Assembly (NCBI RefSeq): GCF_018977255.1
Contig: NW_024704746.1
Span: forward strand, 52,204,001-52,268,000
Source of the DNA: Callorhinchus milii
Taxonomy: Eukaryota
Reading direction: 5' to 3'
DNA: 64,000 bases
This document shows, piece after piece, positions 13,311-24,374 of the stretch (position 1 is its first letter; the number at the start of each line of letters is the position of its first letter). The position numbers and the translations under genes are program-made. Under the pieces are notes generated by a model. The model had not been told where the DNA came from, did no database searches, and saw only the letters and a program-made list of their open reading frames with translations.

Positions 13311-13911
13311 TAAAGTTCATAATTCAGTGGGTCAATTTGGTACTAAATATACTGTCCCCTTTTACATTGTTAATCGAGCCAGTCCTGCAGTTTATCAAAT
13401 TTCTATTCACTCCTCACGTGGCAATCACAGATTCTATTAGTATCATATTAACCAACTGAAATTGTTTAAAGCACCGGAGCCTTTACCTTATGACACAGTC
13501 CCCACAGGTACCAACAAAAATGGCTCGTCACAACCCATGGTGTCTGTGGTGGTCCCTTCTATGCCTAATGATGATCTCCCTCATCACCTCCTGTCAGTGA
13601 CATCTTCTGGGATGACTTACCCTTTCCTTCCCAACCCTCCCACCCACATAGCTGATCTTCACCTTTCATTTTAGTTCGACCATCTACAGGGGAGACTAGC
13701 AGACAAGATCAACCCAGTCAGCTGTCTATTCCACAACAGCAACCAATACCCACACAGAAGATCTCAACATGGACATTGGCAACATGTTCAGTATGCGTCG
13801 GGTGTGGTGAAGCACGAGCGTTGGGACAATCATGATCACCAAATGTTAAAAAGGAGAAAGAAACATAACTGAACGGATGATAGCAGTTAAAGTGAAAAGT
13901 TAGGGAACAAA

Positions 13912-16900
13912 ACAACAAGATAACAAGACAAGATTCCATTTATAGAGCGCCTTTCACGTCAGGAGGACGTCCCAAGGCGCTGCACAGTTGGGTCATGACC
14001 CGAGCATGGGGGAAATGGTCAGGGTGAGGGGAGGGAAGGGAGGGAGAGAGGAGGGGGGAAATGGTCAGGGTGAGGGGAGGGAAGGGAGGGAGCGAGGAGG
14101 AGGAAGAGAGTCGAGAGGGGAGCTGAAGGCACGGTCAAAGAGAAAGGTTTTGAGACCGGCCTTGAAGGAGGAAAGGGAGGAAGCAAGGCGAAGGCACTGG
14201 GGGATGGAGTTCCAGAGCCTCGGGGCTGAGAGGCTGAAGGCCCGACCACCGATAGTAGGGCGGTTGGGGCGGGGGACGTGGAGCAGACCGGAGCCAGAGG
14301 AACGGAGGGTACGGGCAGGTAGGTAGGGGGATAGTAGGTTGGAGAGGTAGGAGGGAGCAAGGCCGTGAATGGCCTTGTAGGTGAGGATGAGGATCTTGAA
14401 ATCAATCCTCTGGGGGATGGGGAGCCAGTGGAGGCGAGCGAGGGTGGGAGTGATGTGGTCCCGAAGCCTGGTGCGGGACAGTACACGAGCTGCAGAGTTC
14501 TGAATGACCTGCAGCTTGTGGAGGGAGGTGGCGGGAAGGCCGGCGAGGAGAGAGTTCCCATAGTCCAGCCTTGAGGTGACAAAGGCGTGAACCAGGGTTT
14601 CAGCAGCGTGAGGGGTGAGGTAGTGCCGTAATCTGGCGATATTCCGGAGGTGATGGAAGGCGGTGCCAGTTGTGGTGCGGATGTGAGGGAGAAAGGACAG
14701 CTCAGGGTCGAACAAAACGCCGAGGTTCCTGACTGGCTTTGAGAGGTGGAGAGTGCAGCCTTGGATGCTGATGGTGTCAGCGCCTGAGGTGCGGAGGCGC
14801 TGACGTGAGCCAATCAGGAGGGCCTCGGTTTTTCGCACGTTGAGCTGAAGAAAGTTGTCTCTCGTCCAGGACTCGATGTCGGACAGGCAGGCTGTCAGGA
14901 CATCGGTGGTCGTGGAGTTGAGAGTAGAGGAGGAAAGGTAGAGTTGGGTGTCATCCGCATACATGTGGAAGTTAACCCCATGTTTGCGGATGATGTCACC
15001 GAGGGGGAGCATATAGAGGGTGAAGAGGAGGGGACCGAGGACAGAGCCCTGAGGGACACCACATGAGACAGTACGGGGGGTGGAGGAGAAGCCATTCGTT
15101 GAGACGAAGTGAAGACGGTGGGAAAGGTAAGAGCTAAACCATTCAAGGACAGTGCCTTGAAGGTTGAGGTGGGAGGACAAGCGGTGGAGTAGGATAGCGT
15201 GGTCGACCGTATCGAATGCTGCCGATAGGTCGAGGAGGACGAGGAGACAGAGGGAGCCCTGGTCACAGATGGTCAGGATATCATTGGTGACCTTGACCAG
15301 GGCAGTTTCTGTGCTATGAGCAGCACGGAAACCTGACTGAAGGGGTTCAAAAAGAGAATGGGTGGAAAGGAAAGAGCGCAGTTGGGAGGCGACAACTCTT
15401 TCCAAGACCTTGGAGAGAAAGGGGAGGTTGGAGATGGGCCGGTAGCTTGATAGCTGCGACGCATCAAGGGAGGGTTTTTTCAGGGTGGGCGTGATGATGG
15501 CAGTTTTTAATGGAATGGGGACAGAGCCAGAGGAGAGGGACAGGTTTATGATGTCAGTGATGTGTGGGGCAAGAAAATGGAGCTGGGAGATAAGGAGTGG
15601 AGTGGGGATGGGGTCAAGGGAGCAGGTGGTTGGTTTTAGGGATAGGATGAGTTCAGTGACAGAGGGTGGGGAAACGGGTACGAAGGTGTGTAGGGGAGGA
15701 TGGGTAGGAGTCGGAGTGTGGGAGGGAAGGGGTGGGTGGTGGGTGGAAGTTGGAGGGGAAGTGACCGCGGAGCGGATTCCCTTGATCTTGGATTCAAGGA
15801 AATCCAGCATCTCCTCGCAGTGAAGGTTGGAGGAGATGACCTGCGCGGGGTGGCGGGGGGGACGGAGGAGTCGGGATGTGGTGGAAAACAGTAGCCTGGG
15901 GTTGTTCTTCGCCTCCAGGATTATCCTGGAGTAGAAGGACGACTTGGCCGAGGCTAGAGTGGAGCGGTAAATTTTGAGGAGGTCCAGCCAGATTTGTCGG
16001 TGGACCGTTAGGCCAGATTTGACAAAGGTGCGCTCAGCAGCCCGCACCTGGCATTTCAGTGAGCGGAGGTGGGTGGTGTACCAGGGGGAGGAGCGGGAGT
16101 AGGAGACAGTGCGGGAAGTGATGGGGGCAAGAGTATCGAGTGTGGAGGAGAGGATATTGTGGAGGAGGGAGAGAGGAGAAGAGGGGTCGGTGAGGGTTGA
16201 AGGCCAGAGGGAGAGGAGTTCAGAGGACTCCAAGGCATCGGTTAGGGATTGTGGGGGTAACTTCTTCCAAGGGCGGTAGAAGATGGTGGTGGGTCTGGTG
16301 GAGGTGGGGAGGGGGGTGGAGGTGGTGAAGGAGATGAAGTAGTGGTCGGAGATGGCCTTGTCGGTAATAGTGACATCCGAGACACTGAGGCCCCGGGTGA
16401 TCACCAAATCGAGTGGGTGGCCGTGACTGTGAGTGGGGGAGTTTATGTGTAGGGAAAGGTTGAGTGAGGAGAGCAGGGAAGAGAAGTCTGTGGAGATGGA
16501 GCAGGAGGGGGTGAAGTGTAGGTTAAAGTCGCCCAGGATGATGAGGCGATCAGAGGAGAGGCAAAGAGATGTGAGGAGTGTTGAAATGTCAGAGATGAAG
16601 GTGGGAGAGGTTTTAGGGGGCCGGTAGAGGAGGAGGATTTTAAGGGAGAGGAATGAGGGGTGGGAGAGGGTGAGGTGCTCGAAGGAGGGGAAAGAGCCAG
16701 TGGAGTAGGGGGATAGGGCAAGTGGTGTCCTTGAGATAAGGGCAACACCACCGCCACGGCGGTTGGGGCGGGGGATGTGGTGGGAGGTGTAGCCGGGTGG
16801 CGTGGCCTCCGTGAGGGGGAAGGTGTCGCCTGGGGTGAGCCACGTTTCTGTCAAGGCCATGATATCAACGTTCTCATCAAGGATGAGATCGTTGATGACC

Positions 16901-17653
16901 AGGGCCTTGTTGCAGAGGGAGCGGACATTTTGCAGTCCGATGTGGAGGGAGCGGTTGACAGAAGGGTGTGTGGGAGGGGAGGGGGGTCCAGGTTGTGAGG
17001 CAGGGGTGGGGGGAATGGGGATGAGGGAGGAGAGGTTGACTCCCCGGGTCTGTGTCCGGGGTGGGTGGCGAGTGTGGTGGGGAATGGGGCAGTCGGTGTG
17101 GCTGCTGCTGGACAGCCAACGCCGAGTGCCACGGTGAGCCCGGCGGAGGATTCCCAGCTGGAACAGAGGGAGGTTGTGGGAGGGTCAAGTGGGGATAGAA
17201 GACGAGAGGGACGGAGAGAGAGGAGGAGAGAGCGGGAGAGATGGAGAGGGGGAGGGTTTGGGGGGAGAGAGGAGGGGGAGGGAGGGAGGGGGTGAGGGGG
17301 CTCGGGTCAAAGCGGCAGCCATAGTGCGCACGCGGGGACCGGGAGCGAGCGGTCAGGTGGATGGCATTATCCCGCAGATTGGGGCATCGAACCCAACAGG
17401 ACCATAGTGGGCTCTGATGTGAGCCCTGGGGGGGGGGGGGGGGGGGGCGCAGAGGTTTTTTTTTTTTTTTTTTTTGTGCGCGCGCACTCACCTGAAAACT
17501 AATCTATGACGTCGCAGTACCTCCGCTCCGCCCCCACCCCTCCCTCCACTGCCCCCCCCCCCGGGGCTGCACTCGCTCCGGCGTCGAGTTTAAGTACCTG
17601 GGTCAGTAGGCCCAGGCTCCTCCCCGCGCTGTCCTGCCGCCGCTCCCCGACTG
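13912..17653 (-). mobile_element. Apparently full-length, young single-ORF L2-clade LINE
   Basis: GC-rich 5' UTR, long EN+RT ORF, 3' stem GGGACGTCCTCCTGACGTGAAAGGCGC and a (TCTTG/TTG)n tail. Confidence 0.9.
14065..17322 (-). CDS. L2 LINE ORF: APE endonuclease plus reverse transcriptase (one in-frame TGA at 17185-17187)
   Basis: Uninterrupted frame from 17184 to 14065 with [67 protein letters not shown] and YADD. An in-frame ATG in ACTATGG context sits at 17322. Confidence 0.9.
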
Positions 17654-18613
17654 AACAGAACACAACTGGGGATATGCTGTACTAGAGAGAATTATGGTGG
17701 TTAGGATACATGTAGTGTTTGAGATTGCAGGAAAACGGCAATATATTGGTACAGGCATCTTGTATAATCCAACCAGCTATGTCAAAAGATTCAGAGGAAA
17801 ACGGGAAAGTGAGAATATAGCTTTAGCCATTATGTGTATGAAGTTATGCAAACTTTGTAAAGAACACTGAAAGATACTAAGTTGGGAAGAGTCCCGGATT
17901 TAGTAAGTGATCAAAATTTTAAAAAATAGAATATGAGGATGATATACCAAAACACTTGATGATCCGTAATTTGGGATGTTACCTTATACCCAGGATTGCA
18001 CAAGTGTAGTGGTAAAATGGCTAACAGTTCATGTAAATATTATGATTTGTTTTATATTACTTTTACAATGTCATTAATGGTAGTTAATGAAAGTGAAATG
18101 TATGTATATGTAAGATATTTGTTACAATACAGTCTGTTATTCTAATTTTGTGTGTTATGATGTGTTGTTGGTGTTGCATGATAAAGAGAGTCAACAGGAA
18201 AATTAGGTTAGAAAAACAAGGGACATCAATGATAGAAAAGTTTCAATTGAAACAATTATTCAGAAAATATTCATAATTTTGCAGGATTCAAAGTGGTGTG
18301 AAAAGACATCCTCTGGGTTTGGGAATGGTGACCAAACAGATGGAAACTGCTGAAGAAAGAAAATTCATCATGAGTAAACTGATGGTTTAATGGACATTTG
18401 GACTTTGATAAGTATATGTGGCAAACGGTCAATACTAAAAGCACAGAATTAAGGTTTACCAACAGATGTCCGACAGTCCCTGTAATTGCTTTGAGGAAGA
18501 TACATTAATGATATACGTTAATGTTTTAAAGTACATACACTGGTTCTGAGGATTATCATAGTGTAGCTCCTGTAGGCAATGGTACATCAGCCCAACAGTA
18601 GCTAAGGGGGGAC

Positions 18614-19048
18614 TGTAAGCTGATGAAAGAATGCAGCTGAGACACCGCCCCACCCTGGTTTCCGTGTAAGAGAGACTTTGTTGAAAGAGACAACCATCAT
18701 GACCTGGACTGTTGCCACCTGGTGGGGGGTGACGCAGCCATAGTAGCAAAGTCAGGGCGGCCACATGGCAGGAGAAGGCTGCATCGTGTGAAGGACGGAG
18801 ACAGCCACCATTATCTACCGGGACGGATAGAGGAAAACTCCTCTGAGACACAGAGAGGAAAAGACTCTGTTTAATAGACTCAGAGACTCTGAGGCAAAGG
18901 AGAAGGGCAGATCAACAACAGTCGCCATTCTCTCCTGGAGGAAGGTTGGATGGCCTTTTGAATCTGAATGGTCCCCGGTTTTAAATATTGACTTCGGTTA
19001 TTAAAACATTAACTCTTGTGTTACATCGTGAGGAACCCATTTATTACA
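18614..19048 (+). repeat. Putative 3' LTR
   Basis: Inverted termini TGTAA/TTACA, a polypurine tract at 18604-18612 and ATTAAA at 19000-19005. Confidence 0.6.
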
Positions 19049-19414
19049 ATATATCATTTTCACTCCCTCCCTCATCTCGTTTGAGGTCCGTCTCAAGACC
19101 TACCTTGTGGACCACAATTTTAGTCATCTATCCCTTCCCCACCTCCCTCAGCTCCCACCCCTCAGCTCGGGTGCCAAGCCAGGACTGTTAATCGCCTTGA
19201 GACGTCCTCCTGATGTGAAAGGCTCCATATAAATGTAAATTTGTATTGTGTTGTATATTATGTATATATAAATACTTACACTTATACATATGGTCACCGC
19301 CCCTCCTCCCTGACTCAGCGTCAAACTATACCATTGTTTAGCACACAGAGACGAATGGTGCTACATGAATGCAAGTTGTTGTTGTACTAGTTTTGATTCT
19401 TGGCCATATCTTAT

Positions 19415-19760
19415 GGAGTCCTGTAGCTCAGTGGTTAAAGCACTCGCCTCAGGTCACCTGTGTTCAATTGCCGACAGGGCGAAATGTAAGTTTCCCTACT
19501 CCACACTACTCTGTTTACTTAGCAGTGAGTAGGAACCCGGCTGTTAGTTGATTGGTGGATCACTTTTCCGGGGGTAATAATTCCTTCAAAAAAATAATAA
19601 TAAATTGGTCACTTCAATCTAAGACTGTTTGTGGAACACTGCTGTGTGCAATTGGCTGCCGCAGTCAAAATCACTTTACAGTATATTCTGTGAAGCGCTT
19701 TGAGACGTCTAGAAGATGGGATAAAGCTCTATATCAAATGCAAGGATTATTATTATTATA
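19415..19760 (+). mobile_element. tRNA-derived Deu-domain SINE
   Basis: GGAGTCCTGTAGCTCAGTGGTTAAAGCA head, Deu core and (ATT)n tail. Confidence 0.85.
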
Positions 19761-20764
19761 TCTTGTGACCTTTGTTGCATACATGGTGTGAGTTGGGTCA
19801 ACATGCTGCCGTGTATGTGTGGCTCTCACCCAACTTCTGACCAGCAGCGATGACATTGGTTCCAGTGCTGTGATCTCTGGCAGGATCATAAGCAAGCAAA
19901 CTTTGTGACAACAGAGTGTCTTATCAACCTTTTGTAGCACGGCCAGCACACACTCCTGACATTCCTGAATCATTATCAATTGCTATTTCCTTTGCTCACA
20001 GTGCCTGCGGGGCACAGATGCCAGTTTTCCATGTGGTGCTCAGTGCTAGCGTGATACACAGTATTGAGGGAACTGCACATTCTAACACCAGTTGAAATGT
20101 GTGGTTGAAAAAAGCAGGAGATCTAATGCCTTTGCCGCCTGAAAACATCAGACGGTAGTTTAAATTCTCCGAGACACCAGCCTACATGAAGAGTACTATA
20201 TATTTGCAAGTTATTGTTGTTCTCCTGGAACCAGTATTTAGGATCGCTGGGAACTACGCAGAACCTATACCGCCAGGTCCTTTTTTACTTGAAGACCACA
20301 CCATGGCCTCTCTCTCTCGAATGCTGGATGGATTTGTGCCTTTGCTGGTCGTCCCAAAATTATCACATCAGAATACAATACAAACTTCAAATTCTGATGC
20401 AACCCAGAAATACATGGTGAAATGAAATGCCATTTCTGTTCTAGGAAAAGTTTGGCCAACCTTTATTTCCATGATGAGACATACCCCTTTAAGGGGACTT
20501 GGTAAACGTCTTTTGACACCATGGTAACCTGCAAAACAGCTTTCCTATATCTTAGCAACAGATAGAAGCTGCCAGCTGGGTGTAAAGCTTCCATCAGACC
20601 GAAGTAATAAAAGTGACATACAGAAGCAATACCTCAGAAAAACTATTTTGGGGTTCCACCTCTCACAGTGGTTTGGAGGAAGCAGTCACCAGGTTCCAGC
20701 CTCACTCAGTGAAGTAGTTCCACATTCACCTTCAGAATTGACCAGTTCACAAGCAGAATGACGA

Positions 20765-21135
20765 TTTTTTTCTCCAGAGATGAAACGATTGAGAGGGGAC
20801 CTGATAGAGGTGTTTCAGATAATAAAGGTTTGGATAAAGTGAACAATGATAACCTGTTTCCACTTCTTGGTCAGTCCAAAATGAGGGGGTGTAAATATAA
20901 GATAGCTCGTAGCAAATCAAAAAGGAAATTTTGGAGGAACTCACTGCTGAAAGCTGTGGTTAAAGTAAAAAAATTCAATGTATTAACTAGGAAATTTGAT
21001 GCGTATATTAGAGAGAAGGGAATAGAGATTAATATGAGAGAGGAATAGGAGCGGTGGAGGCTCGTGTGAAGTATAAACACCAGCCATGGATAATGTGGGC
21101 CAAATGACCTGTTTATGTTTTGTATTATTCTATGT
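20765..21135 (+). mobile_element. Old CR1 LINE 3' end
   Basis: RLRGDLIEVF-like remnant and a CR1 3' UTR GGGCCAAATGACCTGTT...ATTCTATG. Confidence 0.65.
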
Positions 21136-21149
21136 CATATAAAGAATAA

Positions 21150-21545
21150 TAGAACCAAGAGATGAGTTCTGGAATCCAATCAAGGAATTCAGGTGGATTA
21201 TACATAGAAAAAGGGATCCCCAGGAGTGGATTACAGACCAGGATCAAATTCTGGGGGAGAAAAGTTTATATATATATATAAAAAATGATCCTCATGAGTG
21301 AGTTACAATGCATTATCTAATTCAGGAGGGGGTGTAATTATATGTAGAATAACTGATCCCAAGAGTGAGCTACAAGCCAATATCCAATTTTGATGAGAGG
21401 GAGAGTATAAAGAGTAACTGATACCCAGGAATGATTTACTGAACAAAATTTAATTCAGGGATTTGGGGGCTATATACAGAATAACTGATCCCAGGAGTGT
21501 CTTTGAGACTAGTATATAATCCAGTGGTTCGGGGTTTCAAGTTGT
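21150..21545. repeat. Diverged tandem array (~60-65 bp unit, core ATAACTGATCCCCAGGAGTGAGTTACAGAC...TAATTC)
   Basis: About 6 degenerate copies; related copies at ~45830-45960. Confidence 0.7.
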
Positions 21546-21885
21546 GTATCCTGAGAATCATATGGTTGTACTAAATCGGAATTTTGTGTGGTTTATGTGT
21601 TTATGGTGAGTCACTCGGATGACTGTAAATTTATGCTGAACTCAGTGCACAGTCTCTGGTCAGAAGTTGTATAGTATTATTAGAGCAGTCAGGCATAGTG
21701 TACGTATGGTGCTGCAGAAGTCTAATGTAATGCACTCCCTTTGCAGGTTGAACATTGGAAAATAAATCCAATCCACAAGACTTTTGTTGGCTGTTTGTTC
21801 GATCCACTTGTTTCTTTGATAAAAGCTGAGCCCTAAACATGGACCAGCCTGTGACACGCAGACAAATTATAGATAATTGGAGGAA

Positions 21886-23628
21886 ATGATGCTGCAACAT
21901 CACAGAGAAAGACAGGTTCAATTGTCTAAACAGCTGGCTGAGATAAGCAAAGTCATAGGAGAAGAGGGTGCAACGTGTAAGAGAGTGGAGAAGACTAAAG
22001 GGAGAAAAAGTCAAGAAGGGTTCTTCAGTGTGCACTCCCACTACAATCCAAGCACTGCATGTCAGTCACAGAAAAGGCTCATTGAGTCCAGGCAATTGCG
22101 CAAATCGCCTAAGAAGCTAAAGAAGCACATGGCAGATCAGTTCTTTCCCAGAATGAGCACAATTCATCTGGACCTGTACCAATGCGAGAAGAGGGAAGAT
22201 AAATGCACCAATCCTGAAAAGCTAATGAGTCAGCTGAAAGTTTGCATTATTAACAAATCCCAGGCTGTACAAGAGGTTCAGGACCCATCTAGATTGAAGC
22301 CACTTGGCCTTCAGATTCTCCAGGCAAATCCTGTTGTGGTTGAGGGTGTGTCTGTTCACTACAGTGAGACATCCAGAGTGAAAAGGCAAATGCACAGTGA
22401 ACAGCTGGGCCAGGATGGTCAGAGGAAGAGAACTTTGGAACCGATAGATAGTCGCCTGGAAAACTCAAAAAACGCTGCCCTGAAGAGCTGGATGTTTCAG
22501 AAGAATGCTCTTATCAGAAAAGAGAGCGCAGTGAAGATGAGGCAGAGGCAGCAGAAAGCTGAGGAACTGAAGAGACGAGAGAGCGATATGAAAAGGAAGC
22601 AGAAAGAGTCAGAGGAAAAAGTGAAAAAGTGGATGGAGAGAAAAAGAAAAGAAGGAAAAAAAGAAAAGATAGCAGTGAAAGTGGCTACAGTCCCAAGAAT
22701 ATTGAGTGTTGATGTTCAGATTATCAGCCGGAATATTAAGAGGTTGACTCCTGCATCAAGAGCAGACAGGAAATCCATCATTCAGAACTCATCAAGAGCC
22801 TGGAAGACTGACCAACAAGTAAATCAGAAAAGGCTGGAGAGACAGAGCTGGGGAAGTTTTGTCCCAGATCCAGGCAATCCAAGAACCAAGGTGTCTTCAC
22901 AACTTTCCACTGGTTCATTCTGGGAGCAAGTTGTGAATGCAGAGCCTGGTGATTGGGTGACTCAGAAGCCCAGCAGAGAGAAGACGAAGATGGCTGGGGC
23001 AATGGGTCAAGAAATTGAGGAAAATACAGGGTTTGAACCTACAGGTCAAAATTCAATTGCAAGATCCTTAGGCAGCACAGCTCAGGTGAAATACCTACCC
23101 AATGCCAGCCTCGACAAAAGTGTACAGCCTGTACACAGACTGTCCTTCAACCAGTGGCTGTCAAGAAAATCACAGAAAAAAACCCTGATGGTCAATGGAG
23201 AGGAGGTGGAATCAGACAGAGGTTTTCAAGATTTTCTCCCGAAACTTGCAAGAAAGAGAACAGAAAGCATAATGGATAGGAAAAAGAAGGCAGATGCAGT
23301 GTTAGAGTTTGACCGAGTAGCTAACCTAATGACAGCCCCTGAGTGCACAACAATCCCCCAGACCTCACACTGGGTAGGTAGCGCCAGACTAACTCCAGCG
23401 GTACAGAAACATTTCATGTACAGGTTAGTTGAGGATGCAGTTACAGGTGCAGGTGGTGATTCATTGGTACAAGGGAGGGAACGTGGCCCTGGGCAGCCAC
23501 AGAAGGCCCCTACAGCTCTGTGTGCAAAGTCCGCAGCTGGGGAAAGCCCCACTGGCTTTGTCCTCAAGTACAAAAGACATTTGCGAAGACCAGATCCACC
23601 GGGCAGGGAAAACCACCCAACTAATTGA
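21886..23628 (+). CDS. Uncharacterised ~580-aa Lys/Arg/Glu-rich coiled-coil protein, loosely CCDC181/CCDC34/MAP9-like; single coding exon
   Basis: 1.74-kb stop-free ORF in non-repeat DNA with spaced W-x-x-x-K helices (ALKSWMFQK, VKKWMERKRK, FNQWLSRK). Candidate 5' UTR intron 21606-21746 (ATG|GTGAGT...TTTGCAG|G). AATAAA at 23781 and 24297. Confidence 0.75.
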   Translation: MMLQHHRERQVQLSKQLAEISKVIGEEGATCKRVEKTKGRKSQEGFFSVHSHYNPSTACQSQKRLIESRQLRKSPKKLKKHMADQFFPRMSTIHLDLYQCEKREDKCTNPEKLMSQLKVCIINKSQAVQEVQDPSRLKPLGLQILQANPVVVEGVSVHYSETSRVKRQMHSEQLGQDGQRKRTLEPIDSRLENSKNAALKSWMFQKNALIRKESAVKMRQRQQKAEELKRRESDMKRKQKESEEKVKKWMERKRKEGKKEKIAVKVATVPRILSVDVQIISRNIKRLTPASRADRKSIIQNSSRAWKTDQQVNQKRLERQSWGSFVPDPGNPRTKVSSQLSTGSFWEQVVNAEPGDWVTQKPSREKTKMAGAMGQEIEENTGFEPTGQNSIARSLGSTAQVKYLPNASLDKSVQPVHRLSFNQWLSRKSQKKTLMVNGEEVESDRGFQDFLPKLARKRTESIMDRKKKADAVLEFDRVANLMTAPECTTIPQTSHWVGSARLTPAVQKHFMYRLVEDAVTGAGGDSLVQGRERGPGQPQKAPTALCAKSAAGESPTGFVLKYKRHLRRPDPPGRENHPTN

Positions 23629-24374
23629 CCGCAAAAGATGGGCTTCCCCATCCATGTACACAGCGCACTTTGACTGAGCCAAGTCCGGGGTGGGGGTTGG
23701 GGGGAGCAACAAATGCATTGGATTCATATTTTATGGGAATACTGATGCAGCAGAGCAGTGAAAGCAATGTCAATCTCCACAATAAAGGAAATTACTGTCC
23801 ATTCTTTCCATCCTGCTTGGATCTGGATGGGCTGATGTAGCTGGGAGGGGAGTATTGTTGCTCCATTCCAGAATATTTTGATTGCAGACATTGACCAATA
23901 CCCCAATCAGTGTTCAGGCACCCTCAGGACACCACAGGTTCCATGCCCTCTGCATTTGGATCAGAATTCAGTTCCTGCTCCTGATCTCTATCCAATATCC
24001 ACCCCCACCCCACCTCCTGCTGGAAACTGGATGTTTTTCTCGGACAGGTTAGGCTCAGCTGTGATACCAATTTCTGTGGCTGAACACTCTGTGCACTGGT
24101 CGTCTGGTTCACTTCATAATGCCCTCTTGGGGTGAAGTACTGGAAAGCATCTGTGGAACTGTCGCTTGGCACAAGATGCCCCCTTCAAAGGGGAGAGAAC
24201 ATTTCAGACAATCTTGTATTGTGCTGCTGAAGATTTTGACTTCTTATTGGCTCCTCTGATAGCCTTTAATATATTTGTACATTTTCTCACTAAGTCAATA
24301 AAGAGCTGGCCTGAGACAAAGTTTTTACCTGTTATAACATTTTTGCATAACATTTAATATTTATGAAAATTTAT

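Larger units (their letters stand above)
11570..19048 (+). mobile_element. Decayed LTR retroelement (gag remnant, integrase C-terminus, PPT and 3' LTR), interrupted by L2 insertions
   Basis: Gag-like fragments HFEEVAQIVALNDLNDKEQAKLIL and LGECLQNPNEHPEAFGQRLLACYNQ (~12250-12580). Integrase GPY/F-like tail FGTKYTVPFYIVNRASPAVYQI...YHINQLKLF (~13335-13470). PPT AAGGGGGGAC directly before TGTAA (18614)...TTACA (19048). Confidence 0.65.

Noticed and set aside
13905-17668. Target-site duplication around the full-length L2
   Set aside because: The flanks GAACAAAACAAC and GAACAGAACACAAC are similar but not identical and blend into the tail microsatellite, so a TSD cannot be called.
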